64,000 nt of DNA from an uncultured Acidimicrobiaceae bacterium (GCA_963828505.1 CAWHFM010000009.1:180872-244871), one strand, 5' to 3'; counted from the stretch's first letter, positions 47,478 through 56,800 are shown. Numbers and translations are program-made. Notes: a model not told the origin generated them from the sequence alone.

Positions 47478-48287
47478 ATGGCCTTGTTCCTTGACCGACA
47501 CAAGGCGCCTGGTGCGACCGCTGCCGACATCGCCGCGGCACATGAACTCGACCTTGCCGTTCAGGAAAAGTACCAAGTTCGTTACGTCACGTATTGGTTC
47601 GATGCAGACGAAGGGACCGTGTTTTGCCTCGCAGAGGGGCCTGACCGACAGTCCTTGGAAACTGTGCACAGAGAGGCGCATGGTCTGGTTGCTGACAACA
47701 TCATCGAGGTGGGAGACGGGCCTATCAATGCGTTTCTCGGTGATATTCCCCGACACCCAGCAGGAGAGGCTTACGTCGACTCTGCTGTTCGAGTAATCCT
47801 GTTCACCGACCTTTGTGACTCGACTCAGCAGACCCAGGAACTAGGCGACGAAGGGTTCATGCTGCTGATTCGTGAGCACGACGACATCGTGCGAACCGCA
47901 CTGAAAGACCAAGGTGGACGCGAGGTGAAGCACACGGGCGATGGGATCATGGCGTCATTTACGTCCGTGTCGGCTGCTGTTGCGTCGGCCATAGACATTC
48001 AAAGCTCGTTGCGCAACCGGAATAAACACGCAGAGCGGCCCATTCGCCTCCGGGTTGGCATCAGCGTCGGGGAGCCAGTTACAGAGAGGGGTGACTTGTT
48101 CGGGGCGGCGGTTCAACTGTCGGCGCGACTTTGCGGAGTGGCCTCTCCAGGTGGCATCGCCGTTTCGACTGCCGTACGTGAACTCTGTGTTGGGAAGCGG
48201 TTTGATTTCGATTCCAGGGGAGCGCTCGATCTCAAAGGGTTCGCCGACCCAGTTCCCGTCTTTGAGGTACGACTCCCCACTGAATAG
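47478..48287 (+). CDS. DUF4242 (SCO4226-like) domain fused to class III adenylate/guanylate cyclase
   Basis: N-terminus MALFLDRHKAPGATAADIAAAH...YWFD...VFCL. Cyclase motifs ILFTDLCDST, KHTGDGIMASF, RVGISVGEPV. Confidence 0.75.
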   Translation: MALFLDRHKAPGATAADIAAAHELDLAVQEKYQVRYVTYWFDADEGTVFCLAEGPDRQSLETVHREAHGLVADNIIEVGDGPINAFLGDIPRHPAGEAYVDSAVRVILFTDLCDSTQQTQELGDEGFMLLIREHDDIVRTALKDQGGREVKHTGDGIMASFTSVSAAVASAIDIQSSLRNRNKHAERPIRLRVGISVGEPVTERGDLFGAAVQLSARLCGVASPGGIAVSTAVRELCVGKRFDFDSRGALDLKGFADPVPVFEVRLPTE

Positions 48288-48429
48288 AAGAGCGAGATTC
48301 GCCACCAGCTCCAGAGCGATCATTCTTGGTTGAGGTCTCCCGGGCGGGCCCCAGAGTAAATGCCCCACTTCGCCAATCGGATTCGGTGCGGCACTCTTCA
48401 GCCAAGGTCGCCAACATCTGCTTGCTGGC

Positions 48430-49037
48430 GGCGCTGACAGTCGAGCAGGTCAAGGCCGTGGCGGTCACCGTCGACCCGTGGTGACGCCCGTTCGTCCTCG
48501 TGCTCGCCTACTGCGGGTCTCAGGCCCGGGGAGGTCGCCGCCCTCCGCCGAAGGGATCTCGACGACCTGAGGCGGCTCACGATCGGACGCGCAATGAGTG
48601 AGCACCGTGGCGAACTCCTGGAGCGCGATACCAAAACGCACCGGGCCCGGGTCGTCCAGGTGCCGGCCTCCGTCCTGGCGGAGGTGCGCGGGCACCGGAT
48701 CTCCAACTGGCGTCACGACGTGTGGCAGCCGGCTGCAGACGAGCTCGGCCTGCCTTCGTGGGCCACGCCCTACATGCTTCTGCACACCGCCGCAAGCCTG
48801 ATGGCGCAACGAGGCGGGCCTGTGTCCGCTGCATCTGCGGCGTTGGGCCACGATCCGGCGATCTTCCTTCGCACGTACGCGCATCTGTATCCCGGTGACG
48901 TCGCCGCAGTCGCTGACGCGATGAACCTGGCTCGAGCGGAGACGTGGGGAGGCGACACGAACCGTTCGCGACCGATCGAGCTCTTTGTCGCGCGGGGAAA
49001 ACGCGGGGAAGAATCGGGCGGTCGGGGAGAGGCGTGA
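48430..49037 (+). pseudogene. tyrosine recombinase (phage integrase) remnant, catalytic domain only
   Basis: In-frame TGA at 48482-48484. One-base frame break in GGG 48515-48517. LAYCGLRPGEV, TKTHRAR and LGHDPA..TYAHLY are retained, but HxLRH is replaced by YMLLH. No N-terminal domain. Confidence 0.7.
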
Positions 49038-49070
49038 AATTTCGGTCTTCTGACCAGGGAAAAGAGTGAG

Positions 49071-49144
49071 TGGAGGCGAAGGGACTCGAACCCTCGAACC
49101 TCTTGACTGCCAGTCAAGCGCTCTACCAACTGAGCTACGCCCCC
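49071..49144 (-). tRNA. tRNA-Ala (anticodon GGC)
   Basis: Cloverleaf folded by hand: acceptor GGGGGCG/CGCCTCC with the G3:U70 Ala identity pair, D-arm GCTC/GAGC, anticodon loop CTGGCAG, T-loop TTCGAGT. CCA is not encoded. Confidence 0.85.
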
Positions 49145-49307
49145 AGTGGCCTCGTCACGCTATCAGCCGACAGACGGACCTCTCTGCCGCCCGCGACCCC
49201 GGCGACCGCACGTCCTCCCCGAGAGTCCTACGCGACCACCATCCCGGACGTGCCCGCTGATCAGGGAGAAGGGACGGCTGAGGTCGGGCGTCGCATACCC
49301 TGGAGTG

Positions 49308-51857
49308 ATGGCACGCGCGTACGACGTCGGCGCGGTGGAGCGCAAATGGCAGCGCCACTGGGACGACGAAGGCACCTACCGGATTGAGAACGACGACCCC
49401 CGCCCGAAGTTCTACGCGCTGTGCATGTATCCCTATCCGTCGGGGCCGGCGCACCAGGGACACGTCCGCAACTACACCTTCGGCGACCTGACGGTCCGCT
49501 ACCAGACCATGCAGGGCAAGGGCGTGCTCAGCCCCATCGGGTTCGACTCGTTCGGGCTGCCCGCCGAGAACGCGGCCATAAAGACGGGCACCCACCCCCG
49601 GGTGTTCACGGAGGCCCGGATCGCCGAGTTGACCGCCTCCTTGCGGCGACTCGGCGCGGTCTACGACTGGCGGCGGCAAGTGAACAGTCACGACCCCGAG
49701 TACATCCACTGGAACCAGGCGATCTTCTTGAAGTTCCTCGAGGCGGGTCTCGCCTACCGGGCCGAGGCCCCCGTCAATTGGTGCCCCGGGTGCCAGACCG
49801 TCCTGGCCAACGAGCAGGTGCTCCCGGACGGCACGTGCGAGCGCTCGGGCGACGTCGTGGAGAAGCGCAATCTGGAGCAGTGGTTCTTGCGCATCACCAG
49901 CTATGCCGACGAGCTCCTCCAGGCGCTCGACGGCCTCGAGTGGCCGCATCGGGCCAAGGTCATGCAGCAGAACTGGATCGGGCGCTCGGAGGGGGCCGAA
50001 TTCGACCTGCCCGTCGACGGCCGGCCCGAGTTGAACCTCCGGGTGTTCACCACCCGTCCCGACACCAGCTTCGGCATGACCTACGCCGTCATGGCCCCTG
50101 AGCACCCGCTCGTCGACACCGTGACCATGGCTGAGCAGCGCTCTGCCGTCGATGAGCTCCGTCGGCGCGCCGCGTCGGAGACGGACATCGAGCGTATGGG
50201 TGCGGGCGATTTGAGCACCCTCGAGAAGCGCGGGGTCTTCACCGGCAGCCACGTGGTCAACCCCTTCAATGGGAGCCCCGTCCCTCTCTACGTGGCCGAC
50301 TACGTCCTCATGGGCTACGGCACCGGGGCGATCATGGCGGTGCCGGCCGAGGACGAGCGCGACTGGGCGTTCGCCACCTTGCACCGGCTGCCCATCGTGC
50401 GGACGGTTCAGCCGCCGGAGAACTGGGAGGCCGACGGGGGCGGTGCCTATACCGGTGATGGGGTCAAGATCAACAGCGGATTCCTCGACGGGCTCGACAT
50501 CGCGACGGCGAAGGAGCGCGCCATCGAATGGCTCGAGGAGAGGGGACTCGGGGAGCGAAAGGTCAACTACCGGCTGCGGGACTGGCTCGTGTCGAGGCAG
50601 CGCTACTGGGGTTGTCCCATCCCGGTCGTCTACTGCGAGCAGCACGGGATCGTCCCGGTTCCGGACGACCAGTTGCCGGTCCTCGCACCTGACGACGTCG
50701 AGTTCCTCCCGACGGGGCAGTCACCGCTCGCGTTCCACCAGGGGTTCCTCCACACCACGTGCCCGGTCGACGGCGGCCCGGCCCGGCGTGAGACCGACAC
50801 CATGGACACGTTCGTCGACTCGTCCTGGTACTTCTTGCGCTTCTGCGATCCGTGGAGCACGGACCGGCCGTTCGACCCGGCTGCGGCCCGCCATTTCATG
50901 CCCGTCGACCAGTACATCGGCGGGATCGAGCACGCCATCCTCCACCTCTTGTACGCGCGCTTCTACACCCGTGCGCTCATCGATGTGGGCTTTGCTCCGG
51001 GCCTCGGGCCGGAACCCTTCACGCATTACCTCGCGCAAGGGATGATCCGCATGGACGGGACCAAGATGTCCAAGTCCAAGGGGAACCTCGTCACTCCGGA
51101 GCACTACTTCGACACGGTGGGTGCCGATGCCCTCCGCCTCTTCCATCTCTTCGCCGGCCCTCCGTTCGACGACATGGACTGGTCGGACCAGACGGACCAG
51201 ATGATCGACGGGTGCGGTCATTTCCTGGACCGGCTCTGGCGGACGTGCACGAACCCGCCCGCGCATCTGCGCACCGGGGAGCAGGGCCCGAACGATCGAG
51301 CCGTTCGCCAAGCGGTGCACCGGACCATCGCCGACGTCACCCGCGACATCGAGCGGTGGTCCTACAACACCGCGGTCGCCCACTGCATGGAGCTGCTCAG
51401 ACTCGTGCAGCGTTACGGCCGTGGGAGCGAGTCCGACCAGGGCGGCAACGGCAAGGCAGCCGCAGCCGCAGCCGCAGCCGGCACGGCGCCGGGGCCGGGG
51501 CCGGGGCCGCATGCCGACGTCTGGGACGAGGCGCTCGACAGCCTCCTTCAGCTGCTCGCGGTCATGGCGCCCCACGTGACCGCCGAGCTCTGGGAGCTCC
51601 GCCACCCCGGCGAGCCCTCGGTACACCTCCAGTCGTGGCCCACCTACGACCCCGAGTTGGTTCGCCAGGACTCCGTGACGATGGTCGTGCAGGTCAACGG
51701 GAAGGTGCGCGACCGCATCGACGTCGACGCGGAAATCTCCGAAGCCGACGCGGCAGCGATCGCGCTGGCCTCGGCCAAGGTCGTCGACGCGCTGAGTGGA
51801 TCGACGCCGAAGCGGGTGGTGGTCCGGCCGCCTCGGCTGGTGAACGTGGTCGTCTGA
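49308..51857 (+). CDS. leuS: leucine--tRNA ligase
   Basis: MARAYDVGAVERKWQRHW start. HQGHVRNY (HIGH-type) and KMSKSKGN motifs, plus a CP1 editing domain. The 49146 start would overlap the tRNA. Confidence 0.95.
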   Translation: MARAYDVGAVERKWQRHWDDEGTYRIENDDPRPKFYALCMYPYPSGPAHQGHVRNYTFGDLTVRYQTMQGKGVLSPIGFDSFGLPAENAAIKTGTHPRVFTEARIAELTASLRRLGAVYDWRRQVNSHDPEYIHWNQAIFLKFLEAGLAYRAEAPVNWCPGCQTVLANEQVLPDGTCERSGDVVEKRNLEQWFLRITSYADELLQALDGLEWPHRAKVMQQNWIGRSEGAEFDLPVDGRPELNLRVFTTRPDTSFGMTYAVMAPEHPLVDTVTMAEQRSAVDELRRRAASETDIERMGAGDLSTLEKRGVFTGSHVVNPFNGSPVPLYVADYVLMGYGTGAIMAVPAEDERDWAFATLHRLPIVRTVQPPENWEADGGGAYTGDGVKINSGFLDGLDIATAKERAIEWLEERGLGERKVNYRLRDWLVSRQRYWGCPIPVVYCEQHGIVPVPDDQLPVLAPDDVEFLPTGQSPLAFHQGFLHTTCPVDGGPARRETDTMDTFVDSSWYFLRFCDPWSTDRPFDPAAARHFMPVDQYIGGIEHAILHLLYARFYTRALIDVGFAPGLGPEPFTHYLAQGMIRMDGTKMSKSKGNLVTPEHYFDTVGADALRLFHLFAGPPFDDMDWSDQTDQMIDGCGHFLDRLWRTCTNPPAHLRTGEQGPNDRAVRQAVHRTIADVTRDIERWSYNTAVAHCMELLRLVQRYGRGSESDQGGNGKAAAAAAAAGTAPGPGPGPHADVWDEALDSLLQLLAVMAPHVTAELWELRHPGEPSVHLQSWPTYDPELVRQDSVTMVVQVNGKVRDRIDVDAEISEADAAAIALASAKVVDALSGSTPKRVVVRPPRLVNVVV
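51456..51508 (+). repeat. hexanucleotide microsatellites (GCAGCC)x4 and (GGGGCC)x3 inside leuS
   Basis: Read directly. They encode AAAAAAAA..PGPGPGP within a low-complexity insert. Confidence 0.85.
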
Positions 51858-51890
51858 CGCCCTCGGGCCCCGAGCAGCGGGGCGGTGGAG

Positions 51891-52895
51891 CTAGTGGAAC
51901 GCGGCGACAACTTCCTTCCATATGCCGGGCTCGACCTTGTAAGGCGCGTAGAAGCTGAAGCGGTCGATCAGTCCCTCGAAACGCTTCTTCACCTCCGCCG
52001 CCACCTGGTCCAGGGGAGCCACGACCGCGAAGGCGTTGAGGATGTCGTCGTCGATCAGCTCGCCCATCTTCTCCCACTCCCCGCGCTTGGAGAGCGTGTT
52101 GAGCTCGGGCTGCAGGTCGCCCCACCCGTGCAGCTCCAGGACGGGGCGGTACGCGGGCGTCGAACCGTAGAAGGCGATCTGCTGGCGCACGCCCTTGTCC
52201 GCGGCCTCGGTGCTCTCGTCGTCCTTGCCCGTGACGACGAAGCCGGGGTACGACACGGTCAGGTCGGCCCGCGTCTTGCCGGCCTTGGCCGCGCCACGCT
52301 CCAGAGCCGGCAGGCTCTTCTCGCGCAGGTAGCGCTCGGTGGAGAAGCCGTGCACCAGGAACCCGTCGGCCACTTCGCCCGCCACCTCGGTCATCACCTC
52401 GCCGACGGCGGCCAGCAGGATCTTGGGATTCCCGTACGGGTTGGCGCCGGGGTTGAAGAACGGTGTCATCAGCGTGTGCATGTAGAACTCGCCCCGGAAC
52501 GCCAGCGGTTCCCCGGTCTCCCACGTCTTCCAGATGGCGCGGATGGCCAGGATCAACTCGCGCATGCGGGGAGCCGGGTGCGACCACGGCATGGAGAAGC
52601 GCTTCGTGATGTGCGGCTTGATCTGGCTGCCCATACCCAGCATGAAGCGTCCCTTGGTGAGCAGCTGCAGGTCGTTGGCCGAGACGGCGAGCGTCATCGG
52701 GTTCCGGGCGAACGCCACCGCGATCCCGGTGCCGAATTCGAGCTTCTCGGTCGCGGCGGCCGCGGCCGCAATGGGCAGGAACGGGTCGTGCGAAGTCTCG
52801 GCGGTCCACACCCCGTCGTAGCCGCTGGCCTCGGCCTTGACTGCCGCCTCGGCGATGCCGTCCACCGCGAACGCAATGCCTCCGTCGATCTTCAT
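51891..52895 (-). CDS. luciferase-like monooxygenase (LLM) class oxidoreductase, probably F420-dependent
   Basis: TIM-barrel LLM pattern (GYDGVWTAETSHDPF, GMGSQIKPH) similar to the TIGR03617-type family. Confidence 0.75.
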   Translation of the reverse strand: MKIDGGIAFAVDGIAEAAVKAEASGYDGVWTAETSHDPFLPIAAAAAATEKLEFGTGIAVAFARNPMTLAVSANDLQLLTKGRFMLGMGSQIKPHITKRFSMPWSHPAPRMRELILAIRAIWKTWETGEPLAFRGEFYMHTLMTPFFNPGANPYGNPKILLAAVGEVMTEVAGEVADGFLVHGFSTERYLREKSLPALERGAAKAGKTRADLTVSYPGFVVTGKDDESTEAADKGVRQQIAFYGSTPAYRPVLELHGWGDLQPELNTLSKRGEWEKMGELIDDDILNAFAVVAPLDQVAAEVKKRFEGLIDRFSFYAPYKVEPGIWKEVVAAFH

Positions 52896-52952
52896 GTGAC
52901 CTTCCTCATCTCCGTTGGAAAATGCTCACCACTAGGACTCAACGATGAGCGG

Positions 52953-53873
52953 CTACTGCTGATCTTCGCCCCGCAGGAACCGTTCGAGCTCGGCCGCGAT
53001 CTCGTCACCCGAAGGCACTGCGTCGACTCCCATGGCGTTGCCCTCCGATGCATCGATGTTCTCCTCGAGCTTGCGCACCATGGCCTGGTGCTCGCTGTTG
53101 TCCGCGATCAGCTGGTCGACCTGGCGACGGGAGTTGTCCGCCGCCCGGCGCAGCGCGGACGAGTCCAAGGACAGCCCCCCGACCATGGCCAGGCCCTCCA
53201 CGAGCGCCGCGCTGGCCTCGGGGAACGGCATCCCCGCCACGTAGTGCGGCACCCGGGCCCAGAGGCTGACCGTCGGGGTTCCCGCCGATCCGAACGCCAG
53301 CTCCAGTGCCGCCATCACACCCGCCGGCACCTCGAGCTCGCCTTGGACCACGCCGACTCGCTCCACCAGGTCGGCCGAGCCGGGGGGCGCCGTCGCCGCG
53401 AGCTTGACCGGCCTGGTGTGGGGCGCGGGCGCAGGGAACGCGCCCAGTCCGACCACCATGCGTACGCGCCAGGACCGGGCCAACCCGACCACGGCGTCGG
53501 TGAAGGCGCGCCAGTGGAAGTCGGGTTCGGGACCCACCAAGAAGAGGAGGTCGTGGCCGGAGTCGTCGGTGCCCTGGCGCACGACGGTGCGGGGCCAGGT
53601 GAGGTCCGTGGTGATGCCGTTCACGATGCGGGCCACCGGCCGCCGCGCCCGCTGGTCCAAGAAGTGCTCCCCGTTGAAGGTCACCACCGGTTCGGAGCGG
53701 CTCTGCCCGAGGAGCGCGGCGATGGCCGTCGTCGCGCCCAGGCCGGCATCGACCCAACCCTCCAGGGCGACCACGAGAACGGGCCGGTCGACTACCGGCT
53801 CCTGATGCACCTCGAAGATCTCGGTCAGGCCACCGCCCGAGCCTCCTGTTCCGCCCTCGCCGGCGGGGCTCAC
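52953..53873 (-). CDS. PAC2 (proteasome assembly chaperone 2-like) family protein
   Basis: GTG start. LVVALEGWVDAG, LLFLVGPEPDFHW and a C-terminal coiled-coil pattern, as in actinobacterial PAC2 proteins. Confidence 0.75.
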   Translation of the reverse strand: MSPAGEGGTGGSGGGLTEIFEVHQEPVVDRPVLVVALEGWVDAGLGATTAIAALLGQSRSEPVVTFNGEHFLDQRARRPVARIVNGITTDLTWPRTVVRQGTDDSGHDLLFLVGPEPDFHWRAFTDAVVGLARSWRVRMVVGLGAFPAPAPHTRPVKLAATAPPGSADLVERVGVVQGELEVPAGVMAALELAFGSAGTPTVSLWARVPHYVAGMPFPEASAALVEGLAMVGGLSLDSSALRRAADNSRRQVDQLIADNSEHQAMVRKLEENIDASEGNAMGVDAVPSGDEIAAELERFLRGEDQQ

Positions 53874-53925
53874 GTTCTCACCTGGTTCACCAGCTCTGGA
53901 CAGACCGGGCTCGGGCCCGTCAACC

Positions 53926-55023
53926 TCACCCGCTCACCTGCTCGCCCGACCGCGCCCCGGTGTTCCCGCTGATGCGGCCACCGTTCTCCAATGACTCGGC
54001 CGCCAGCTCGAAGAGGCGGCCGATCTGAATGGGGAACCCCTCCACGCTGCCCCGGTCACCCGCTCCTGCTCCCGCCACGTACCGGGCGAAGACGCCCTGG
54101 AGGATGCAGGCGAGCTTCCAGTAGCCGAACGCCACGTAGTAGCCGATCTCGGAAAGGTCGAGCGCCGACACCGACGCGTAGTGGTCGAGCACCTGCGCCC
54201 GCGTCGAGAAGCCGGCGGCCGTCGTGGGCGACCCGCCGAGCACGGCCATGGCGTCGTCGGGCTCGGCCCAGTAGACCATCAGCACACCGAGGTCGGCCAG
54301 AGGGTCGCCGAGGGTGCAGATCTCCCAGTCGAGGATGGCGCGGACCGATCCGTCGTCTCGCAGCACGACGTTGTCCATGCGGTAGTCACCGTGGACGACC
54401 GAGGTGCGTTGTTGCGCCGGGATGCGACGCGCCAGCTCGTCGCTCACCCTGGTCACCAACCCGTCTCGGTCCGACTCCACCCCCTCGACCTGCATCTGGT
54501 CGTACTGGCCGCGCCACCGCTTGAGCTGGCGCTGAATGTACCCCTCGCGCCGGCCGAGGTCGCCGAGCCCCACCGCGTCCGGTTCGACGTCGTGGAGCGA
54601 GGCAAGCGTCTCGGCCATGCGGTCGCCCACGGCGCGGCGCGTCGTCTCGTCGAAGGCCTGCTCGGCCTCGGCCGCATTGCGCAGGATGTGCCCCTCCACG
54701 AACTCCATGACGTAGAAGGGCCGCTCGTTGACCGATTCGTCGGTGCAGAGTCCGACCGTCACCGGGACCGGGATCCCCGCCGGTCCGAGTGAGTGCATGA
54801 GCCGGTACTCGCGCCCCATGTCGTGCGCGGTCGGCAGGACGTGGTGCAGGGGGGGTCGGCGCAACGCCCACGTCCGGCCCGCGGCGTCCTCGACCCGGTA
54901 CGTCAGGTTGGAGCGGCCGCCGGCGATGAGCGTGAAGGAGAGCGGAGGGTCGAGCGCCGCCACCTTGGACGCCAGCCACTCCGTCACGTTGGCCTGCTCA
55001 ATCCCCTCCGGTGCGGTCGACAC
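53926..55023 (-). CDS. phosphotransferase (APH/ACAD10-N-terminal-like) family protein
   Basis: GGRSNLTYRV, FYVMEFVEG, HGDYRMDNVV and ILDWEICTLGDP motifs. GTG 55023. The rest of the 587-aa ORF is antisense to the thioredoxin gene. Confidence 0.8.
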   Translation of the reverse strand: MSTAPEGIEQANVTEWLASKVAALDPPLSFTLIAGGRSNLTYRVEDAAGRTWALRRPPLHHVLPTAHDMGREYRLMHSLGPAGIPVPVTVGLCTDESVNERPFYVMEFVEGHILRNAAEAEQAFDETTRRAVGDRMAETLASLHDVEPDAVGLGDLGRREGYIQRQLKRWRGQYDQMQVEGVESDRDGLVTRVSDELARRIPAQQRTSVVHGDYRMDNVVLRDDGSVRAILDWEICTLGDPLADLGVLMVYWAEPDDAMAVLGGSPTTAAGFSTRAQVLDHYASVSALDLSEIGYYVAFGYWKLACILQGVFARYVAGAGAGDRGSVEGFPIQIGRLFELAAESLENGGRISGNTGARSGEQVSG

Positions 55024-55203
55024 GCCACCCGACGCTAATCGGTGCTCTGGCGCCCCTCCGGACGCCCGAGTCCTTCCACCCAACCGCCGCTGGACCGCCC
55101 CCCGCTCGGACCACTCCTTGGCCGGACCGCTTCCCCGCGCCCCTTGGCCGGACCGCCGGTTGCCGGACCAACCCTGAGCCGTGAGCCGGTAGCGTCGGGG
55201 CCG

Positions 55204-55917
55204 ATGGACGTTACCGATCAGACATTTCAAGCCGATGTGATCGCCCGGAGCGCCACCGTGCCGGTCGTCGTGGATCTCTGGGCACCCTGGTGTGGGCCCT
55301 GCACGACACTGGGACCTATGTTGGAGCGGGCCGTCGAGTCGACGGGGGGCAACGTCGAGCTGGCCAAGGTCAACGTGGACGAGAACCCGCGCATCGCCGA
55401 GACCTTCGCCGTCCAGTCCATCCCCGCCGTTTTCGCCATCGCCAACGGGCAGATCGTGGACCAGTTCATCGGTGCCCTCCCCGAGAGCCAGATCCGGGAA
55501 TTCATCGAACGTCTCACGCCCGCGCCGAGCGAGGCCGACACGCTCGTCGCCGCCGGTGACGAGGCCTCCCTGCGGAAGGCCCTCGAGCTCGAACCGGACC
55601 ACGCCGCCGCCACCGAGGCACTGGCGCGCACCCTGATCGACCGGGGAGACGGTGCGGACGCGCTCGCCCTCCTCGCCCGCATTCCCCAATCCGAGACGGG
55701 GCGGTCCCTGGCCGCCGAGGCACGGCTGATTGAGGCCGGGGTCGACGTCTCGGACACCGCCATGGGCGGAGTCGAGGGAAAGCTCACCGAGCTACTCGAC
55801 CGGGTGCGCGACGATGACGCCGCCCGGCAGGAGTACGTCGACCTCCTCGAGACGATGGGCGCGGACGATCCGCGCACGAGCGAGTACCGGCGCGCCCTGG
55901 CGGCACGGCTTTACTGA
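55204..55917 (+). CDS. thioredoxin domain plus TPR-like domain protein (YbbN/CnoX-like)
   Basis: WAPWCGPC active site followed by a helical repeat C-terminal domain. Confidence 0.8.
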   Translation: MDVTDQTFQADVIARSATVPVVVDLWAPWCGPCTTLGPMLERAVESTGGNVELAKVNVDENPRIAETFAVQSIPAVFAIANGQIVDQFIGALPESQIREFIERLTPAPSEADTLVAAGDEASLRKALELEPDHAAATEALARTLIDRGDGADALALLARIPQSETGRSLAAEARLIEAGVDVSDTAMGGVEGKLTELLDRVRDDDAARQEYVDLLETMGADDPRTSEYRRALAARLY

Positions 55918-56800
55918 TGCACCCGGGCGGCTCCGGGCCCGGGTTCGCGGCCGGGACCGGGCGCGTGGCTCCGGTGCTGGACCTCGGCGGCCAGCGCTAT
56001 GACCTCACCCACCGCGCCCTTGTCATGGGGATCCTCAACCGCACGCCCGACTCTTTCTACGACCGCGGCGCTACCTTCGAGTTGAGCGCGCTCTACGCCC
56101 GCGCCGAGCAGCTCGTGGCCGAAGGAGCTGACATCCTCGACGTCGGCGGAGTGAAGGCGGGTCCAGGACCGGAGGTCGACGAGGCCGAAGAGCTCGATCG
56201 CGTGGTGCCGGTGGTGGCCGGCCTCTGCGAGCGCTTCGACACACCCGTCTCGGTCGACACCTGGCGCGCCTCGGTCGCCCGCGCCTCCTATGCCGAGGGT
56301 GCGGTGATGGGCAACGACATCAGCGGCATGGCCGACCCCGACTACGTGGTGGCGGCGGCGGAGGCCGGTGCCGCCGTGGTCGCCACGCACATACGGCTCG
56401 CCCCCGCGTGGCCGACCCCGACCCCCACTACGACGACGTCGTGTCCGAGGTGCGCACGTTCCTGCTCGATCGGGCCGCACGCGCCGAGCAGGCCGGTATC
56501 CCGCCCGAGCGCATCGTCCTCGACGCCGGACTCGATCTGGGCAAGACGGCCGAGCAGTCGCTCTCCCTTCTCCGCGCCTCGTCGACCCTGGCCGGCCTCG
56601 GCTACCCGCTCCTGTTGTCCGCCTCCAACAAGACGTTTCTGGGCCAGATCCTGGACCTGGAGCTGACCGAGCGCCGCCAGGCATCCATCGGCGCGGCGGC
56701 TCTCGGCATGGCGTGGGGTTGCCGGATCGTTCGGGCTCACGACGTCAAAGGCACCTGCCGGGCACGCGACGCGTTGGCGGCCATCAGCGAGGCGGCGTGA
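55917..56800 (+). CDS. folP: dihydropteroate synthase, frame broken at C-run 56401-56405
   Basis: GILNRTPDSFYD, DILDVGG and VSVDT lie in frame 1. The continuation DPHYDDVVSEV...GLDLGKT...SASNKTFLG lies in ORF 56408..56800. One added C restores LAPRVADPDPHY. Confidence 0.85.

Larger units (their letters stand above)
33123..49070. mobile_element. putative ancient integrated island (lower GC, gene remnants, decayed integrase next to tRNA-Ala); left boundary not defined
   Basis: A/T-richer codon third positions are visible in 33.1-40.9 kb and 42.3-49.0 kb. Integrase remnant at 48430..49037 abuts the tRNA 3' end. No att repeat was located by eye. Confidence 0.3.

Noticed and set aside
49146-49307. 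Upstream extension of leuS to the first in-frame start at 49146
   Set aside because: It would begin only 2 nt from the tRNA-Ala gene on the opposite strand and translates to Pro/Arg-rich junk. The canonical LeuRS N-terminus begins at ATG 49308.
51885-53972. 695-aa plus-strand ORF
   Set aside because: It is antisense to the LLM oxidoreductase and PAC2 genes, both with recognisable family patterns.
55024-55689. N-terminal 220-aa extension of the phosphotransferase ORF
   Set aside because: It is antisense to the thioredoxin-TPR gene with Gly/Arg-rich composition. The kinase-fold homology starts near GTG 55023.
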